Notes under the pieces: generated by a model
The model's database searches: none
Told to the model about the DNA's origin: nothing
The model's input: only the letters and a program-made list of their open reading frames with translations
Assembly: GCA_051294375.1 (NCBI GenBank)
Contig: CM119264.1
Span: 10,453,832-10,517,831, forward strand
Source of the DNA: Paraspadella gotoi
Lineage: Eukaryota; Animalia; Chaetognatha
DNA length: 64,000 nt
Direction: 5' to 3'
Shown here: one piece after another, positions 27,607 to 39,483 of the stretch
How the letters are laid out: each line of letters starts with the position of its first letter
Position numbering within the stretch: the first letter of the stretch is position 1
Translations under genes and position numbers: made by a program

Positions 27607-30399
27607 TCTCCCCTCAACCTACTTTTCTCCTTCTCTCTTCTCACCCTTCTTTTCCCTACTCCATCCTTCTCAAACGATAATTACAAAAACGAATTGAGAA
27701 AAACCATTAAAAAGACGAATCGACGTCAAAATCTTGCGACGAGTTTTAAAAAAAGCGCCAGACGATGGCGTCGACGGGGGGAAACAAAAGGGGTTCTCGT
27801 TTTCTTTTTGTTTCTTTGTTTTTTGTTGGTTTATATTGTGCGGCTGAATTTATTTTTTTTCTTGATAAAATTGCAACGATCGTTTATAATTAAACAGATA
27901 TTGTTCATTAACTTCGATAAAAAAGCAAAGCTATTATTTAAATCTGTCTAGTAGTTGTCAACTCGCTCTATCACAAGTTTATGATAATTCTAATCCTGAA
28001 TTTTAATTTATCTTGTCTTTTACGACACGAAATTAAAATATCCTTTACTCGTAGTTACTATTCTACTATTTTTTTCAATAGTCGTTATTTTTTCGAATAT
28101 TTTCAAAGTATGAAACACTACAAACTCACCAATTTACTCTACAAATTATTTTTTCATTCCGGGAATCGAACCCCGGACCTATCCACTTCTCTGCGAATTT
28201 CGTCGAAGAAAAACTTGGGATCCTCGAGGGAAAAAGAAAAATGATTCGACAACGAGACAATTTCTTTCTCCGTCTTTTTCCGAATTGCCGGCACCTCAAC
28301 CGATAGACTTTTTTCTTTCTTCTTTTTTCTTTCTTTCTTCCTTTTCCCCAATTTTTTTTCAGTTTGGTTCCTACAGTCAATTCTCTTTTGGAGGGGGCGG
28401 AGAGTTCCTTCGTCTCGATTCCACCTGTGAACCGAAATTTTTATCTCTTTTTCAAAAAAAAAAAAAAAAAAAAAGAATGTCGAGGAAAAGGGAACCGTTA
28501 AGCCGGCGAGACAGTGAAAGACATAAAAAGAAATGAAATAAATTTTTTTTTTCCGTTTTGTAAGAAATATTACAGTTTAATTAAACTAAGGCTGTTAACA
28601 ATCGTAATATTATTTAGTAGAATATATAACCTCTTCTTGAAATTTTCTTTACAATCCTTTCAATCAAATCAACAGATAATAAAACCAAATGATAAAAAAA
28701 AAAAAAAAACGAAAAATTGGAAAGATATTTTTTTTATGCCTAACAAAGAGAGAAAGTCTGTAAAAAGATTAAATGCACGAATAACCGAAAGAAGAATCTG
28801 AATCCGAATAAAGAATCGAAGTCTCGAGCGAAGAATCACGTCCAGCGGAGCAGCGCCTCTAACGGCGTCGACTCGCGCTAAATTGCAACTTGTCGCGTTT
28901 ATGGGGCGCCGCGCAACCCGACTGGAAAATGAGGATGATACAAAGGAGGGAAATAAAGAACGCGAAACAAAACGAAGACGACAATGACGGAGAAGAAGAA
29001 GAGGACGACGACGATGATGATGATGATTATGATAGGACGATGAAATGAGGACGATGATGAAAATGACGACGACCATAATTACAACGATTAAAAAGATTAT
29101 GACGATGATGACCATGATTTGCGGCCAAATAGAAACTTAGTATAAAAATGGCGACGGGAGAGAAACGACTACAACGACCCTGATCGCTATTGCTTCCTTG
29201 GGAATTACAACGAACGGTTTTTTTATGCGATACGCGTCAGTGAGTGAAGCATATCACAGTGTTGTTTTCATTACATCGTTCACACCCATAGAGCAGTTTT
29301 CAAGAGATCACGTCAAAAACCCTCACAGACAACAACAGCAACCAAAACAACAACAGCCCCTTAACAACAACCAAAACTACATCAACGAAAACGACGGAGA
29401 GACGGCGGGCAAAAACCGGCGAAGGCGGCGAAGGCGGCGAAGGCGGCGAAGGCGGCTAAGGAGGCGGGGTTGGAAAAGAAACAGGGGGTGGTAAGTATTC
29501 GGTGGCGGGGGCGATAGGGGTGGAAATGGGAGTGGGCGGGGCGGGCGGGCGGGGCGGCGGGCGGGCCGACGGCGCAAACGACGTCGAAGCGAGAGGAAAC
29601 GTCAACAAAGGAAATTGAAAAAACAAAACAGAGCGAAAAAAAGGAGATAGAATCACTCGAGGGAAAAGGGTCAAGATTTGCGCGATTCCGGGGGAGAAAA
29701 AAGGGGCTGGAGGATGAAGAGAAGGGGGGCATTTCGATAATTAATAATAATTAAAGTTTTAAAATTTTCTTTCTACGTACTTCATAATTTAAGAAATATG
29801 TCAATGTTTTTTGAGAGACAAAATCGTACTTATTTTTTTTTGGGGGGGGGATCAATATCAACGGTTCATCTATCTGCTTTCAGCGTTCCATGCCATGACA
29901 TGCCCCATCTCGTTTCAATAAAGTCCGTCAGTTGTTCGGATGATTCCTTTCAACTCTCGAGCCTTATTTCTCTCTTTCTACAGTTATTTTTCTTTTATTA
30001 CTTTTTTGTATTGCGTCTTCGCATATACAGTTGTGTCATATATTAATAAAAAAAAGTAATGGATATTTAACCGACGATGAAACTAAGCAGAAATATTCCC
30101 TTCATCATTTGCGTTGTAGAATTAATCCGGGACTCTTTTTTTACTTTTATCCTCGTCTGCTGCGGTAGCATATTGTTGCAGCAACTTTAGATTCTTCGTC
30201 GCAACACCGCGTTTAGATTTGATCGCTTTCCTCGTTAGTGTTGGATGAGAAGGTCGCCGCGACATCTTGCGAAGTAATTAGTCGAGGGTCACGCATCAAA
30301 AGAGCAACGAGAGATTGAAAAATTTCATTCAAGTTTTTTTGAAATAACGAAGAATAAAAAATTTTAAAAAATATTGAAAGCAAAAGGGAAAGAAATAAA

Positions 30400-30535
30400 A
30401 GAGAAGAAAGAAAGAGAAAAAGAAAGAAAGAAGGAAAGAAAGAAAGAAGGAAAGAACGAACGAACGAACGAACGAACGAACGAAACGAACGAACGGAAAC
30501 GAACGAAACGAACGAACGAACGAAAAAAGAAAGAA

Positions 30536-30603
<68 letters not shown>

Positions 30604-30680
30604 ACGAAAGAACGAACGAACAACGAAAGAGAGAAGAAAGAAAGAAATAAAGAAAGAAAGAAATAAAGAAAGAAAAAAAA
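30400..30680 (+). repeat. Compound (GAAA)n/(GAAC)n microsatellite
   Basis: Alternating tetranucleotide tracts. Confidence 0.9.
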
Positions 30681-31304
30681 GAACAACAACTCTCGGATCG
30701 GTGACGTAAAACAATATATATACAGGACTAAGCAGATGAACGACGTTGAAAAAAAAAAAAAGAGTTTGGGATTTTACTATTGTTTTGGCCGGGTCGTAAA
30801 CAAAACGTATTTTGGGTTAAACAACCAAGATCGATGATCTTCTCTCGTTTCGAGACTTTTTTTCTCCTTCGGCCGTTTCGCGCCCAAATCACCAGGGGGA
30901 CTGCGGTTGGTTCCCAGAGTTCACCGCGTCGGTCCACCGTCGTTAAGTTGACGTAAAAAAAAAAAGAAAAAGAAACGCAAGAGTGGCCCGTCGTCGTATT
31001 CGTCGTCGTCGTGGTCGTCGTCGTCAACGAGAAACGATAATCGGCCTCAGTCAACAAGTTTTCCTCTTTTCGCGATTGAGGTCAAAAAATATAAACCAGA
31101 GAAGAACTTGTAGTTAAATATTCAGAGGCAATTATATAGCCCAAACTAATTATTTATTATCGTTATTTAATTACTTGCGAACGTAAATTATATTCTGAAG
31201 TCTAAAAATCAATTAAAATTTAGAAGTAACAATTTCCCAAAATCTACGTGGTCCGTTTCATAATGACTTGGTTCATATAATCTCCTCAACAAGCAGATCC
31301 CCAA

Positions 31305-33261
31305 CTAAAATGGATGTTCGAATTCCGCCAGAGTTCCCGCGAGACCCGACGCCCTCATAACGACGTCCAGTTTCTCCACGTCTCCCGGCGCCAATCGCGA
31401 TGAATGCCGCGCCATTCGTCGCTGATTGATGAAGCTGCGCTGCTGCGAATCGCGCTGCATCGCCGACGCCGCCGCGGCCGGTGCTGAAGTCGTCAGCCCG
31501 AGAAACGGCAGCATCGTCGTCGTCCAAATCTCGGGATTCCGCATCAAATCCTCGTAACGAATCGCGAAGATTCGCCGCCCGTACGAGGGATTTCTCTTCA
31601 ACTCCCTCAACGTCAACAGCGCCGCCAAGTAGAACACGTAAAAATGGGCGGTGAGGGAGACGGCGCCGACAGGAAGTTCCACGTCGCGGTCACTCCGTGT
31701 CGTCAGCGTTTTGTCTGGCGTCGTCAAATCCAACGTCTTCGTCCAACGGAACCTCTTCGCCCTCTCGGCTTCATCGTCGACGAGGCGCTCGATCCCGGCG
31801 GTGATGAGGCTCCCGTAGGCCTGACCGAGACGAGAGACGAGCTGGTCCGGAAAGAATCGGCCGATGACCGGAAGCGTGTAGGCGTAGGACAACGCTTCCG
31901 CCGCGTGCTCGGTCATGATGCGAAGGAGCGAGTCCATGGAAGGGACGGGTTTTCGGTAGCCGAAGACGTACCGAGAATTGAAGGGGAAGTCGGACTCGAG
32001 ATCCATCACGTCCCGGAGCATCCACGGCACGAAGTTGGGGATCTTTTATAAATCATATAAAATAATTAAGAATAATGTAGTCGGGCATTGCATAATTAAG
32101 CATAAAATTAATGAAGTTTCATCCCTCGCCTTGATAGCAACGACCCCAACACCGGGGCTTCGATAGAGCGACTTGCAAACGAAGAGCGCCGCGTGTTTGA
32201 GGAGAGGCGGCGCCGCCAGCTTGCGCTCGTAAGCCATGGCGTAGAGGTTGACGAAGACGCTCGGTTCGTTTATGACGACGGCGTTGGGTAAATCCTCGAA
32301 ATGTTGGATGATGAGAGTTCCGCCGCTGCGAGGGTGACACGCCATCCACACCACAGTTTTATCTTCTTTGTCGGAATCCTTCGTCGATTTACTCGACGCT
32401 TTCTCAGCATCATCGATCGAATCGGCCTCCTTTAACTCCTTCGCCACTTCCTCCGCCAGGGCGCGGAAGGCGTCGACGGACATGACGGCGAATTCTACGG
32501 CGAAGTCGGTCACAGCGCGAAAGGCGAAGGACGACACGTTGGAGTCGAAGATGTTGACGCCTTTTTGAGGATCGAAAGATCGAAGAATAGAAAGAGGAAA
32601 GGATCGAAGGATCGAAAGGTCATCGGATCATGACTTTAAAGTCACTCGGTAAAAAGTATGGTGTTTGGTGGTACAAAGGGGCATTGAAGCTGTTTGAAAC
32701 TATTTCGCGACCTGTTCAAGCCTGGTTACTGCCTAGTGGCTAGTAGTTATAGGAGTGGGACGGGCCGGCTAATATTAAGCTAATATTACTATGCCTAACC
32801 AAGTCCTAACAATCATTCTTTATCAGTATTCTGTTTGTTTGTATAAGTGAGGCCGTGAAAGATATTTTAAATATAATTACGTAATCCCAATGGCCTTCGC
32901 TTTCAACATGACAACATCGAAATAATTCTTTGCTCTCACCCTCTTTTGTCCGAATGAAAACGACATCTCTCTCGTCGATAGAATACAAATGCACGCGCGG
33001 ATCGTTCCAGGCAAAGTCGTGCGCACGTTCGTATCGAGCATGCACGTGAAGCACGTTGTTGAAAGAATCCCCCAGACGGTGACACAGTCGGTGACGCCAG
33101 AGGACGCGGCGAACGTCGACGAATCGAGATTCACGTGTCTGTCGTATCTCGAATAAGTCGAAAAGGCGACGGAAAAGACCGAAAACGAATTTCAGAGGCA
33201 AAAATAGGAGGAGATGAAAGGCGAAGACGAGAATAGTAGACCAGGAATGTCCGGCCGCCAT
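31305..33261 (-). CDS. Sulfotransferase-fold protein with an N-terminal hydrophobic segment, 3 exons
   Basis: Exons 33261-32940, 32560-32130, 32042-31305 join in phase (TKEG|VNIFDS; VVAIK|IPNFVPW through a GC-AG intron). 5'-PSB-like CHPRSGGTLIIQHF..INEP, 3'-PB-like FGYRKPVPSMDSL, IRYEDLMRNPE, AMQRDSQ. Confidence 0.8.
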
Positions 33262-33406
33262 CGTTAATTCGCAATATGTCCTACAGAGGAAAGTAATCTC
33301 GACCTTGAGTCGGTCAATGAGATGAAGGAAGAAAAAGACCTTGAACCTTGAAACATCCTTATTTATCAAATTTGATTCCTCAAGGTTATCTCTAGTTAGG
33401 TTAATA

Positions 33407-34888
33407 TACGATGATGGAAAAAAAATTGTCGTGGCAACTTTTTATATCTTGGTTTTGCATTATTATAGTATTTTTTTTATTTTGTTGCATTTTTAAAATT
33501 TGTTTATAAATTTAAAAAAATTATTGATATACAATAACAAATAATTATTGTTATATATCAATAAATTCTTTTTTACTTTGCAAAAAAACTTAAGAATAAA
33601 AAAATATAATTTATATATTAAAAAACTTTATCTTCTTGTAATTCATATGACCTATATCTTATTAATGTATAATATAAAATACAAAAGTTTTATAAAAAAA
33701 TTTAGCTATCTTAAAATTTATTTTTCTGAGTCTGCTTTTTAAGTTAAATGATAATATTAAAAAAGACTGCCTTTGTTATATCTTATGTTAAATAGTTACT
33801 GCATTATCTTTATTAGGATAGATTTAAGGATGAATCTTAATTCATAAGTTAAAAAAGAATGGCACTAAGGAAATATTTATCCTGTAAATATTCCAAAATA
33901 TATTTTTTAAATTGAAAATTTTTTTAATATTTTAGTAACGATTTATTTTTGTATTAAAACGGACATGTTTTGGCTTTAATGCAAGCCTTCATTGGCGTTA
34001 AAACAGTTGTGAAAAATATTTGAAAAATATTTGAAAAATATTTCTGTACAAAAGTAAACGAGAGAAAGAGATTAAGAGAGATAGATAGAGGGAAAGTTTT
34101 TCAACACAGAGGTGAAAAAGGACAGTGGTCATTGGTGAGGACAGATTGAAGTCGAAGACAGCTAGGGTAAGTTAATAAAAAGAAGTGAAAATGGTCTCTC
34201 TCAATCTCTCTCTCTTCTTTACTTTTGCACGGAAATAATTTTCAAAATTTACAACTCTTTTGACGCCGATGAAGGCTTGCATTAAAGCCAAAACATGTTC
34301 GTTTTAATACAAAAATAAATCGTTACTGAAACATTAAACAATTTTTTTTTAAATCTACAAACGTAATGAAAGAGATCATATCGCAATATATTTTATCTAT
34401 TATAAAACATTAATAAAAGTTATAAAGCTTTGGTAACCTTTCTGTAAATAAAATAAATAGCTTTATTTACTTTTGAATATATTATCAAAACTAAGTATCA
34501 AACAAATCCCCCTTAAAAAATATTTTATTAAAGATAAAAGATAATGTATCATTAAATTATACAATAATGTTAAAAGCTTAGTATACTTCATAGAAGATCA
34601 ATCTTTTTTACTGCTATCCAAAGACCATTTCTGATTATAAATCTGATAAAATATATCAAGTTACAGATAAAATATTAATAATAATAAAAATTTGTCATTC
34701 AATCTAAAAAAAGTTAAAAAAGTTATAGATAACCTCTCTTGAGAGTATCTATATGCATTACATGATTTTATGCTATTGAGAATAAATATTTTTATTCCAT
34801 CCTTAAGTAGTTATATTATTTATTAAAATTATAATTAACAAATGAACTTATTTTTCCAAACCGCGACAATTTTTTTTCCATCATGGTA
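33407..34888. mobile_element. Non-autonomous TIR element with TA target-site duplication (Tc1/mariner-like)
   Basis: Left ta|tacgatgatggaaaaaaaattgtcg and right cgacaattttttttccatcatggta|ta are inverted; AT-rich interior with no ORF. Confidence 0.75.
33922..34340. mobile_element. Foldback/MITE with ~160-bp inverted arms, nested in the previous element
   Basis: agtaacgatttatttttgtattaaaacggacatgttttggctttaatgcaagccttcat pairs with atgaaggcttgcattaaagccaaaacatgttcgttttaatacaaaaataaatcgttact. Confidence 0.85.
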
Positions 34889-35080
34889 TATCTTATTAAT
34901 CAGACGAGAACTTCGGTCCGACAAGATCGTTTTTTTAAAAAGAATCCTATTTAATTAATTTTATTTGAACTTCGCACCAATGCAGGACGAGAATCGCTAA
35001 TAAATTGTCGATCGCCAAAACTGGCTTTGTAAGTTTTTGACTGACTATTAAATCCCAAAATAAACTCCCGGGAAGACAAA

Positions 35081-36161
35081 ATGGACGAAAATCATTGAAC
35101 TTTCTACGGCGAATTTTTTTCCAAGGTGTAAACATTTTTTATTTAATTTTTCTTGCGCTTTTTTTGTTGTCTCGATCTTTTTGATTACACTTTTTCTCTT
35201 CGTTTTCACTTTTTTTTTTCGTATTTCCGCTTCCTCATTCTCAGACGCTGAAATCGTTATTATGGCGACGACCTTCTTAACGGAAACAACAAGCGATGGC
35301 GCCGCGGATTATTGGTACGTATCCTTTTTCCGTGAGAGAGACGCCTGAGGAAAAGTTTGGCGATTAGAGAATTCAAACCTATGTATGATTAAATCTCATT
35401 ACTAAAATTTCATTATTCTATATATCAAATATCTGGGAGTGAATAAACGAGACAGTGAGAGAGTCTTGATTAAAAGCTTGCAGGGACCTACTATGTTTTT
35501 ATCTTTTAAGAGTGGAGGCCTTAAAGCACCAAAAAGCCTGTCCAAATTCAGGGGCAAGATAGCTTATTTATTAAATGTATGGATAATTTTTATATTGGTT
35601 GCACCAATTTCATATGATTTATAATTTAAATAACGGTGGCATTTAAAAAAACAACTGTTCACTTTCCTTTTTTTTTAATGTTTCCATCTATTTTAAGTAT
35701 TATTACTTCATTTCCAGTCTTCTCCTCTCCTGATGGTCGTCCTCATCTGATGCTAAGTTATATCATAGTGTACTCCGAAACCGTCGTCCTAGGCGGCACC
35801 GCCCACTTTGACGACTGGAGTGACGCCGTTGTCGACGATGACTCGGAGACGATTATGAGGCGAACGCGACGACTCGTTTCTTCTATGAAAGACGCCAAGT
35901 TGGAGAAGTGGGTACTGGGTAGGGCTGCGGCCGGGCAGGATTCGCGTCAGAGTGGAGAGAGAGATAGCCAGGTTGGTTACTTGATTATTTAACTATATAA
36001 GTTTGTTAATTTATTATTAATATTGTTCTAACCTTAAGGGCCGGTGAAGGAAAACTCAAGATCATTCACAACCGCGGATACAGTGGAGGCTGACTCTCTC
36101 TCTCTTTTGGGGATGCGCGGAGGAGGCTGTCCAGTTGCTAAAATACTTAATGAAGAATTAA
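35081..36161 (+). pseudogene. D-amino-acid/D-aspartate oxidase pseudogene (tandem paralog)
   Basis: Remnants of exon 1 (IIELSTA, ~35091), exon 2 (35245-35382, AEIVIMATTFLTETTSDGAADYW then frameshift and stop), exon 5 (35758-35971, YSETVVLGGTAHFDDW, frameshift before WVGLRPGR) and exon 6 (36039-36161, IIHNRGYSGG* then LSLFWGCA). No exon 3 or 4 homologues seen. Confidence 0.85.
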
Positions 36162-36285
36162 ATGTTTAAGGCGTTTAGTTGTTATCGAGAAGGTTTTGCT
36201 TCACATTTATATCTATTTATTTATTTATTTATTTAAATTTTTAATATTAGAAAAAATTGAATAAAATCAAACGCCAGGGGAAAAA

Positions 36286-39200
36286 ATGGGAAAAAATCCT
36301 CGAATTTGCATCGTCGGTGCTGGAATCATCGGGCTCTCGACCGCCGTAAAATTGCTCCAGGACGAAAGTTTTAAAGGTTGAATATTATTATTTTTATATT
36401 AGTAATTTATTCTCTTTCCTTTTATTTTCTTCTCTGCTCTACTCTTCTTCATTTTCATTTCTTTACGTCTCTTTTTTTTCTGTAATCTACAAGAACCGGT
36501 GATTCCCTCACTCAATTCTCGCTGATTAAATTGTTGAGGATGCTCAGGATGCTCACTGAGCATCCTCACTCACTGAGAATGCTCACTCACTTCCCTTTCA
36601 CGTTCAGAAGTTGAGATCGTCGTGATGGCGAGTTCCTTCACGCCGGAAACGACCAGCGACGGCGCCGCCGGTTATTGGGAGCCTTTTTGTGTGGGAGACA
36701 CACCAAAGGAGAAAATTCTAGAGTGGGCAATGGAAACTTACAAGTGAATCTTTAATCTTTATGTTGTATGATTATTGATTGGAGTACACAAAAAATTTGT
36801 CGAATTTACGAGAACAGAAGATGTTAGTTCGTTAGGTCGTGCAGCATTAAGGCCTTTCAGTCATAAAACAAAATCAAACTAATTTTAGTATTTAAATTAA
36901 ATGGTATAGTCTATGTTTGCCAGATATTTTTTCTCAAGCACTTTTATTTCAGCCTCCTATTGTCCGAGGCGTCCTCTCCGGAAGCGGCCGACAAAGCTGC
37001 TTCCCCTGGCACCGCCTACAAAGTGGAGAAACACCCCGTTGAGCCAGAGGTCTTTCATGGAAGAGATCTTTTGGATTCGTCTTATTTGGAAGAAAAGAGA
37101 AACGAGGAAGCTATTCCCAAAACTTCTCTCACGGGTTCGTCTTCACCACCTGCATAGTCGAAGGTAGGGAATTTTCGGGTCGGGTTTAAAATTTAAAATT
37201 TAACAAATGATCGTATTGAGAGTACTGTTAGGATTAATTGAATGTTTTTTATTCTAAAAATAAGGCAATTCCCACAAGAAGAATTACAGTTCGTTTTCTT
37301 TGCTAGTATCCTTCGGCCTGTGGGAGAATATTGCACCGGAATTGGAGTACGATTCTGTACACACACGTATCTTCAATTAATCCTACCCTTGCCTCCTTTT
37401 ACTCCCGGCAATCTTTTTCTTCTTTTTTTTTATCAATTCATGCAAGGTTTATTCCTTTCCGCTTCGGTTATTGCCCTTTTTTTTCTTTCGGCAAAATTTC
37501 AATATTAATGGACATCGGCGGCGACGCCCTCGACTTGTCGCTGCAAACGTCGGAAACAAAAAGCCATTCCGTCGCGATTCGTAGAAATGACGTCATAATC
37601 TTGGGCGGGCATAATATTCTCGTTAGAGGGCGATAACCCCTTATTCCGTTCCTTTCTGCGAGAATGGAAAGAGAAAAAAAAAAGAGCAACGGCCTTCCGT
37701 CAAATTTCTTTGTATTTTTAGCAGTATCTGCTTCGAGCAGATTCCTTTTCTATTTATAGTTATAATTAAATTATAATTCGCTTTTTCGATCCGTCGGTCC
37801 CACCCCAAGATCTTGTCAGTTTGTCTCTTTAATCTGGCCCGACTACATATGTCCATTGGTCCGTCGTTAGTCCATCCGTCTGTCCGTCCCCATGGGAATT
37901 AAACTCCAATTACTCATCAGTGGATTGTCTTGAAATTTTGTGTGTTGTTAAACTTGGTATGGAAATGTGTGATTGAGCTTCAAATCGAGTTTCGATGTAA
38001 TCATTTGAGTATTTCGGCAGCGTCTTTGTACGAGTGTTTTATCTTTTGTAATGAAATTGAATTAAAATATCTAATCGAAACTCTTGTATTTTATATCATT
38101 GTTAATGCGTAATAGGCAATACGTATTTATACTTGTATATATATATATTATTGTATATTATTGTATATTATATAATCGACNNNNNNNNNNNNNNNNNNNN
38201 NNNNNNNNNNNNNNNNNNNNNNNNNNNNNNNNNNNNNNNNNNNNNNNNNNNNNNNNNNNNNNNNNNNNNNNNNNNNNNNNCTCACCTTACCAAGCTTCTG
38301 AGCCTGTCGGGTCACGTGACCTTCGAGCAACGAACGTTGGACCGTCTCACCGAGTTGTCGGGGGAAGGTTTCGACGTCGTCGTCAACTGCACTGGACTCG
38401 GCGCTCGTTCATTGGTCGACGACGACGAGGTTCGACCAATCAGAGGACAAGTCCTGAGGGTCATCGCACCTTGGATCAAGCACTGCGTCTTTACCGACGC
38501 TTCGTTGGGGTCAGAAAGAGACCGGAAGTATAAAAAAGAAAGAAGGAAAGAAAGAAAAAAAGAAAGAAAGAAAGAAAGAAAAGAAAGAGAGACCAGAAAG
38601 GAATTATAGAAAGAAAGAAAGAGAAAGAAAGGATAAGAAAGAAAGAAAGAAAAGAAAAGATAGAAAGAAAGAAAGGAAAGTAAAGAAAGAAAGAAAGAAA
38701 GAAAAGCAAGAGAAGAGAAGAAAAAAGGAGAAAGAAAAGTATAAGCTGCCAGAATTTAAAACGAAAAAAAAGAGAGCAAAAAAGATTATGAAAATCGAAA
38801 TTATCACATTTCTCGTTATATTCCTTTACAAGAAGTTTAAAAATAAACGAATTTAATTCTTTTTATATTACGTATCACAAATTCAGGCATAACATAAGAT
38901 GAACATGTTTTAAAAAATTAATGAAGCGTTATTAAACCTTAAACCAGCTACGTTCTCGTCAACTCGGAAACGGTCGTCATCGGCGGCACAGCCTACTACG
39001 ATGACTGGAATTCCGAAGTCGACGATAAAGACACGGAGATGATTCTGGAGAGGACGAGACAGCTTGTGCCTTCCTTGAAGGACGCCAAGATCGTCAACAA
39101 GTGGGTGGGACTGCGGCCCGGCAGGAGTCGGGTCAGGCTGGAGAAAGAGGTCTTCAGGTCAGTCGGGCTCTTCTAAGGAAAGTGAGTTAAGGAAGAGGAC

Positions 39201-39483
39201 TGGGGTAAATAATGGAACAATTACTGTTTGCAAAGATTTTAAGAGATATTCTCTACATTACCATTCTCGTATCGAATCTCTTCACAAAATGAATGTTTGT
39301 TTGAAGATATTTTATAAAGAATTGTATGTACTGTAAACTATTCAATCGTTTGACAGATGCGATGACGACGAAGTAAAAGTCGTTCACAACTACGGCCACG
39401 GAGGGGCGGGTCTCTCGGTGTTCTGGGGCTGTGCCACCGACGCCGTGCAAATGGTCAAGGAATTTATTCAGTCTGAAAAATAG
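36286..39483 (+). CDS. D-amino-acid oxidase / D-aspartate oxidase family flavoprotein, 6 exons
   Basis: Exons 36286-36376, 36608-36743, 36953-37163 (frameshifted as assembled), <38281-38503 (5' edge in gap), 38948-39157, 39357-39483. Motifs ICIVGAGIIGLSTA, TTSDGAAGYW, GFVFTTCIVEG, DVVVNCTGLGAR..PIRGQVLRV, VVIGGT, WVGLRPGR, VVHNYGHGGAGLSVFWGCA. Confidence 0.9.
37780..38050 (+). mobile_element. Degenerate DINE/HINE-like interspersed repeat in a DAO intron
   Basis: gtccatccgtctgtccgtcc microsatellite followed by gaaattttgtgtg..aaacttggtatg. Single copy in the window, so support is architectural only. Confidence 0.4.

Noticed and set aside
28155-28185. Minus-strand ccggggttcgattcccgg, tRNA T-arm/B-box-like
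   Set aside because: No acceptor stem, D-arm or anticodon arm can be built; at most a SINE remnant.
15047-31057. Many long F/L/S-rich or R/E/K-rich ORFs in the track
   Set aside because: Translations of CT/GA/GAAA microsatellites and minisatellites that lack stop codons by composition.
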